A DNA stretch of 63,899 nucleotides, counting the filler, from Dimorphilus gyrociliatus (Eukaryota; Animalia; Annelida): the NCBI GenBank assembly GCA_904063045.1. It is 5 parts of 5 records of this genome, joined end to end, with 100 filler letters (N's around TTAATTAATTAA, not from the genome) between each part and the next. Parts side by side here need not be neighbours in the genome. Positions count along the whole stretch, not along the records: positions 58,961 to 63,899 come from CAJFCJ010000330.1; 4 more parts are not named here. One strand, given 5' to 3'. The notes below the pieces were generated by a model, which saw nothing but the letters and a program-made list of their open reading frames with translations, was not told the origin of the DNA and did no database searches. Made by a program: the position numbers and the translations under genes. Shown piece after piece: positions 59,960 to 63,899 of this stretch (position 1 is its first letter; the number at the start of each line of letters is the position of its first letter).

Positions 59960-60558
59960 TAAAAAGATGTTTTGGACTATAATAAGGCAATATGGAAAGG
60001 TATCAGAGATACTTGGACAGATATTTTAATGGTTGGTTGCTCTTTTCACTGGTCACAAGCAATATTCTGAAAAATTCAGGTTAGCAAAAACATTGAACAG
60101 TGTAAAAATGTAATCTAATTTTATTGTTTGATTTAAAGGATCTGGGCTACAGTTCAGAATTTAAAAAGAAAGAAGGAGAATGGAAATTGATGAAAATGAT
60201 TATGGCTTTGCCCTACCTCCCTCATACTTTGATTGCAAATCAATTCTACAAAATAAAAAGTGAGCTGGATGCAAGAAATAAACTTGTTGATTTGATGGAA
60301 TATATTGAAGACAACTGGATTAAAAGCAGTTTTTGGGCTCCAGAGACTTGGTCTGTCTTCAACCAAACAATAAGAACTAACAATGACTTAGAGTGTTTTC
60401 ATCATAGATTAAATAAAAATATAGGTTCAAACTTGTCATTTCATTTAGTTGTTGATGAACTTAAAGGAGAAGCTGACTTAATTTCTATTTATGAGAAATT
60501 ATTGAGTGAGAGAAAAATTGTAAGATGTCAAAAAAAGACCTATTTAAGAATTAATTAA
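59960..60558 (+). pseudogene. Mutator (MULE) transposase fragment
   Basis: DYNKAIWKGI...GCSFHWSQAI*, then IMALPYLP...YIEDNWI...WSVFNQTIRTNNDLECFHHRLN. Confidence 0.82.
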
Positions 60559-60604
60559 TTAACATTCAAACCTGGCATTAAATAATATAGCATTAAATTG
60601 TCTG

Positions 60605-60680
60605 TGGGACGTTTTCTGTCTGCTTGGGGATGTTTTCTATCACTTTGAGGACGTTTTCTGTTGGGGACATTTTCTGTTGA
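60605..60680 (+). repeat. Four imperfect tandem copies of GGGGA(C/T)GTTTTCT
   Basis: Directly visible; the same motif forms the inverted repeats at 25570/25742. Confidence 0.75.
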
Positions 60681-61479
60681 ATAAGTTTTAAAATCTTTTT
60701 TCTTCCTTTTCAGATTTTTAATATCATTAAAATTTTGTTTGTAAATTTCTTGTTCAATTGTTGTGTCTTGTTCAACATTTCTGATGATGATAAAAATACA
60801 CAATTTATCAGTATAAAAATTCCATCTTTCATTAGCCCACATGTGGGTTAAATTTTTCATGGGGACACTTTTACCTATCCCTGGTTCATCCGTGAAAGAA
60901 GAAGAGTAGAACATCAAATTGGACCATCAAACTGGAAGAAATGAACAAACTCCTTTATCAGAAGATAGTGTGTAAGACTTTGAGGAAGAACAGAGTTAAA
61001 TAACTCCTAATAGAATAAAGGAAAATGTAGAGGTTTAAAAAAAAAACAGGTTTGGGGGGAAACGGTCCAATAAGCTATAGTTTAGAGTATGCTTTTGGGA
61101 ATTTCTAGGTTGGGAAAATTTTCATTTTAATATTTTTCAGTTCAGGATTAGAAAACATGAAATGGAAGGAATCTTGTTAACTAGTGGATTAACCTGGCCC
61201 TGATTTTTGTCTGACCTTTTCAATGTCCTTAACTTTTAAATGGGATCCTATTGCATATATTGCAATAGCTGATCCCTTATTAATTTGCTATTTTCTATTA
61301 AATTAATTTTTAATGAAAAATCTCTTACACCATACAAAGGCTCTCACAAACAATATTTTAAAAATCAATAAGAAATGTTGAGAATAGAAAAACTTTCGAA
61401 AATGGCTGGTTTTACTCTCAACCTAAATTTTTTAATTCAGCTCTCAAATCTTAGATGGAAAACCCATTAACTACAAACC

Positions 61480-62000
61480 AATAGCTACTTTATTCCACAT
61501 GAATGTTCTCCATTAGTCAACATCGATTTTGTCATGGAATCAAAATATAGGCAAGGGATTTAAAATAGTTTTTGATGGACTCAAGGCTTTGTCAAAAACA
61601 CTAAAAGAGAATCAATGTGAAATATTGTAGATTAAATGAAGATCAATCTGCACTCTTAGGAGAACCTTTGAAGAAATGTTCAGGGTTAGTTGATTTAGAT
61701 TTATCATGGAAAGGAGAAAATTTCAAAAATGGATTTAAAATGATTTTTCAATGACTCATATTTTCATCAAACATTTTACAAAAACTCAAAGTAGAAAGTT
61801 GCAACTTAAATGATATATGAAGCTTTTCTTTTGTGAGAAATATTTAAATAATGCTCTAATTCAGTTTATATAAATTTATCCTGGAATCAAAACATGGGAA
61901 AAGGATTTTAAGAGATTTTTAAAGGATTCAAATCATCTTTTAACTTTGACCTCTGCATAATTTTTCCAATGCTTCTGTAAAAGATTTACATTTAGAAATT
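61480..62000 (+). pseudogene. RNI-like LRR relic
   Basis: NQNIGKGFKIVFDGLKALSKTLKE...YCRLNEDQS..LGE.LKKC..L..LDLSW; frameshifts and stops. Confidence 0.55.
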
Positions 62001-62640
62001 GGTGATATTGTCTCCCTTTAACTGGAGATTTACATTTAAAGTGTACAACTTTTTCTGCTTTTTAGTTAAAGATTGCCATTGTGTTCCTTTATTTGTTTCT
62101 GTTAAATTAGGTTCTTCTTATCCTTACATGATTTTAGAGCTACCACTTAAGAGAACAATTTACAATTTAGAATGAAACTGATCTCAATCCATATTTGCGA
62201 TATAATAAAATTGACATCCCAAATTCACAATTTTCAACATGGTTTTTCCTGTGGTTATATAAAAAATCATAATAGATAATATACTTATAATGAAAATATT
62301 TATCTAAGATTTCTCTTGTTTTTTGTAAAAGAGTCGGGAAAAAAAAGTTGTTGAAAGTGACGTCATAATTTGAAATTGAAAAGAAAACTAGAAAATTTAC
62401 CAATGGTTATTCCAATAATCTTCCTCCTCCTTATATTTAATAATTCATAGCATTACTAAGAATGAATCATAAATAAATTACATTCTTTTTGTAGTTAACC
62501 ATATTCAGACAGGTGCCATACTAGATCAAGTATTAATTTATCAGTCAGTTTTATAGATAAGCACTCAATGCTATCGTTTTTGACAAGGAAACTAGCATTC
62601 TGTTTATAATTATTTTATTTCTAATTCATTATTATTAGAC

Positions 62641-63878
62641 ATGGAGAAATTTCTGTTTGGTTTAGTTTCTGTGGGTGGACTAACCCTGCTCTTTCTGTGG
62701 AATTTACCTGACAAATACCAGAAAACTGAGATTGCAGAAAAAGTTAATCCTTTTAATGCATTGGCGTATAATCAAGCTGAATCAAAGATTTGTAAAAAAT
62801 GTGACAAAAGACTGGAAGTGAATCTGGAAAATATTGATTATTTCAGTCCATATGAACAATGTAAAATTCTAAAGAATCATTTATCCTGTGCAATTGGATT
62901 TAATGAATGTACAAAAAACTATTCAAGTCATTCTGAATTCATAACGCAATTTTGCTCTAGACGTAAGTCAATTTGAAAGATTTAGGGTATTTGTCAAATT
63001 GTGAAAAAATTTGACCCAACTATTTATTTTCAGCATGTCAAACTCAACTACTAGAATGTAAGGGAAAAGATTGGATGAACTATTGTGATACATGGTCCTG
63101 TATAGAGGAGAGTCTACTCCAATGCGGTGCAATAATTTCACCATCTCGTCAATTATTCATGGAGTCTCTAGAACGTTGTGATAACAAGAAATTTAGATAT
63201 TTTAAATGGAATGCCCAAGACATAATATCAGTTATAAGAAAGGTTAAGAAGGATTCAGATGATACTGTAAGCAATTTTGTCAAAGAATACAATAGTATTC
63301 TACCATATTTAGGAGAAGGAAAAATGAGTGATTTTGATAAACATATGACAATAATATTCGATAAAATTGCTAACATCATTAACCTACTTGGGATGAGAAC
63401 TCTTAAAACAGTATTGATTACTCATATAAACGATTTACCAAAAACATCATGGAAAGGAATTTTTGTTGATTTCTACGATGCTGTTATTGCTGACAACATT
63501 ATGAAAACAAGCTTAAATAGATTCCAATTAAAGCTAATACCAAATAGAATATATAGAAAACACTTTACTCTTTGCCTCAAAGAAATTTCAAATTCTGTTC
63601 TTAAACAAAAGATTAAAGTTGGATTATCTACATTAAGGGAACATATATCAATTTCATTCAACACACAAAAATCGAAATATGTAATGCATAATATTGTCTT
63701 GAAAAACTCAATACCAGTAGTATCTCACGACTTGCATAACATTTTGGGTCATTTTAATGTATTGACTGACTGCTACATTAAACTCGATGATTTATTACAA
63801 GCTGATGGAATACTTGAAAAAATCAAACAATTTTCATATACTGAATTGGATGAAAATCATATAATCGATGAACTTTAA
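62641..63878 (+). CDS. Orphan two-exon gene (~388 aa): N-terminal TM anchor, Cys-rich region, helical C-terminus
   Basis: Donor C|gtaagt at 62962/62963 and acceptor ttttcag at 63033 join ORF 62641 to ORF 63075 in frame (SR-P-CQTQLLECKGKDWMNYC). No recognisable family. Confidence 0.7.
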
Positions 63879-63899
63879 TAAACAAGCACAGTAGAAAAT

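Noticed and set aside
60555-60917. 120-aa ORF with RKRPQ repeats
   Set aside because: The periodicity comes from the non-coding GGGGACGTTTTCT tandem motif read antisense.
62358-62365. TGACGTCA (CRE palindrome) upstream of the orphan gene
   Set aside because: The same 8-mer occurs in coding exons (near 11715 and 18047), so a single site is not evidence of regulation.

Overview
This is eukaryotic DNA, not prokaryotic. The window is five separate contigs joined by artificial 100-bp spacers (N44-TTAATTAATTAA-N44 at 21877, 38849, 48617 and 58861). Contigs 1, 2, 3 and 5 look like an AT-rich animal genome with very short GT-AG introns (62-69 nt where I could map both ends), reminiscent of a compact annelid/lophotrochozoan (inference). 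Contig 1 holds a >20-kb polycystin-1-like gene. Its N-terminal ectodomain repeats a CTL-PAN-F5/8C lectin module four times, followed by FReD, an F-type lectin domain, PKD repeats, REJ, a GAIN domain with a degenerate GPS, TM1 and PLAT. Contig 2 holds a broken LGR/GRL101-like GPCR hit by a young solo LTR, plus an env-bearing Ty3/Gypsy-type element. That element has an apparently non-canonical gene order: RT-RNaseH-integrase, then aspartic protease, then an acidic ORF with tandem SUMO-interacting-motif-like repeats, then a class III-like env, PPT and LTR. This is the most novel-looking system in the window. Contig 3 has a related, internally deleted env-bearing element and scattered PAN, LDLa and SRCR exons. 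Contig 4 (48717-58860) appears to be from a different organism, a microsporidian. It has intronless GlyRS, a minimal Dre2, a GH19-like pseudoenzyme, CCC motifs before start codons, an intact IR/DR Tc1 element and three Merlin elements. Contig 5 has a Cys-rich exon, a MULE relic, an LRR relic and an orphan two-exon gene. All domain calls are by eye from translated motifs; no database search was run.
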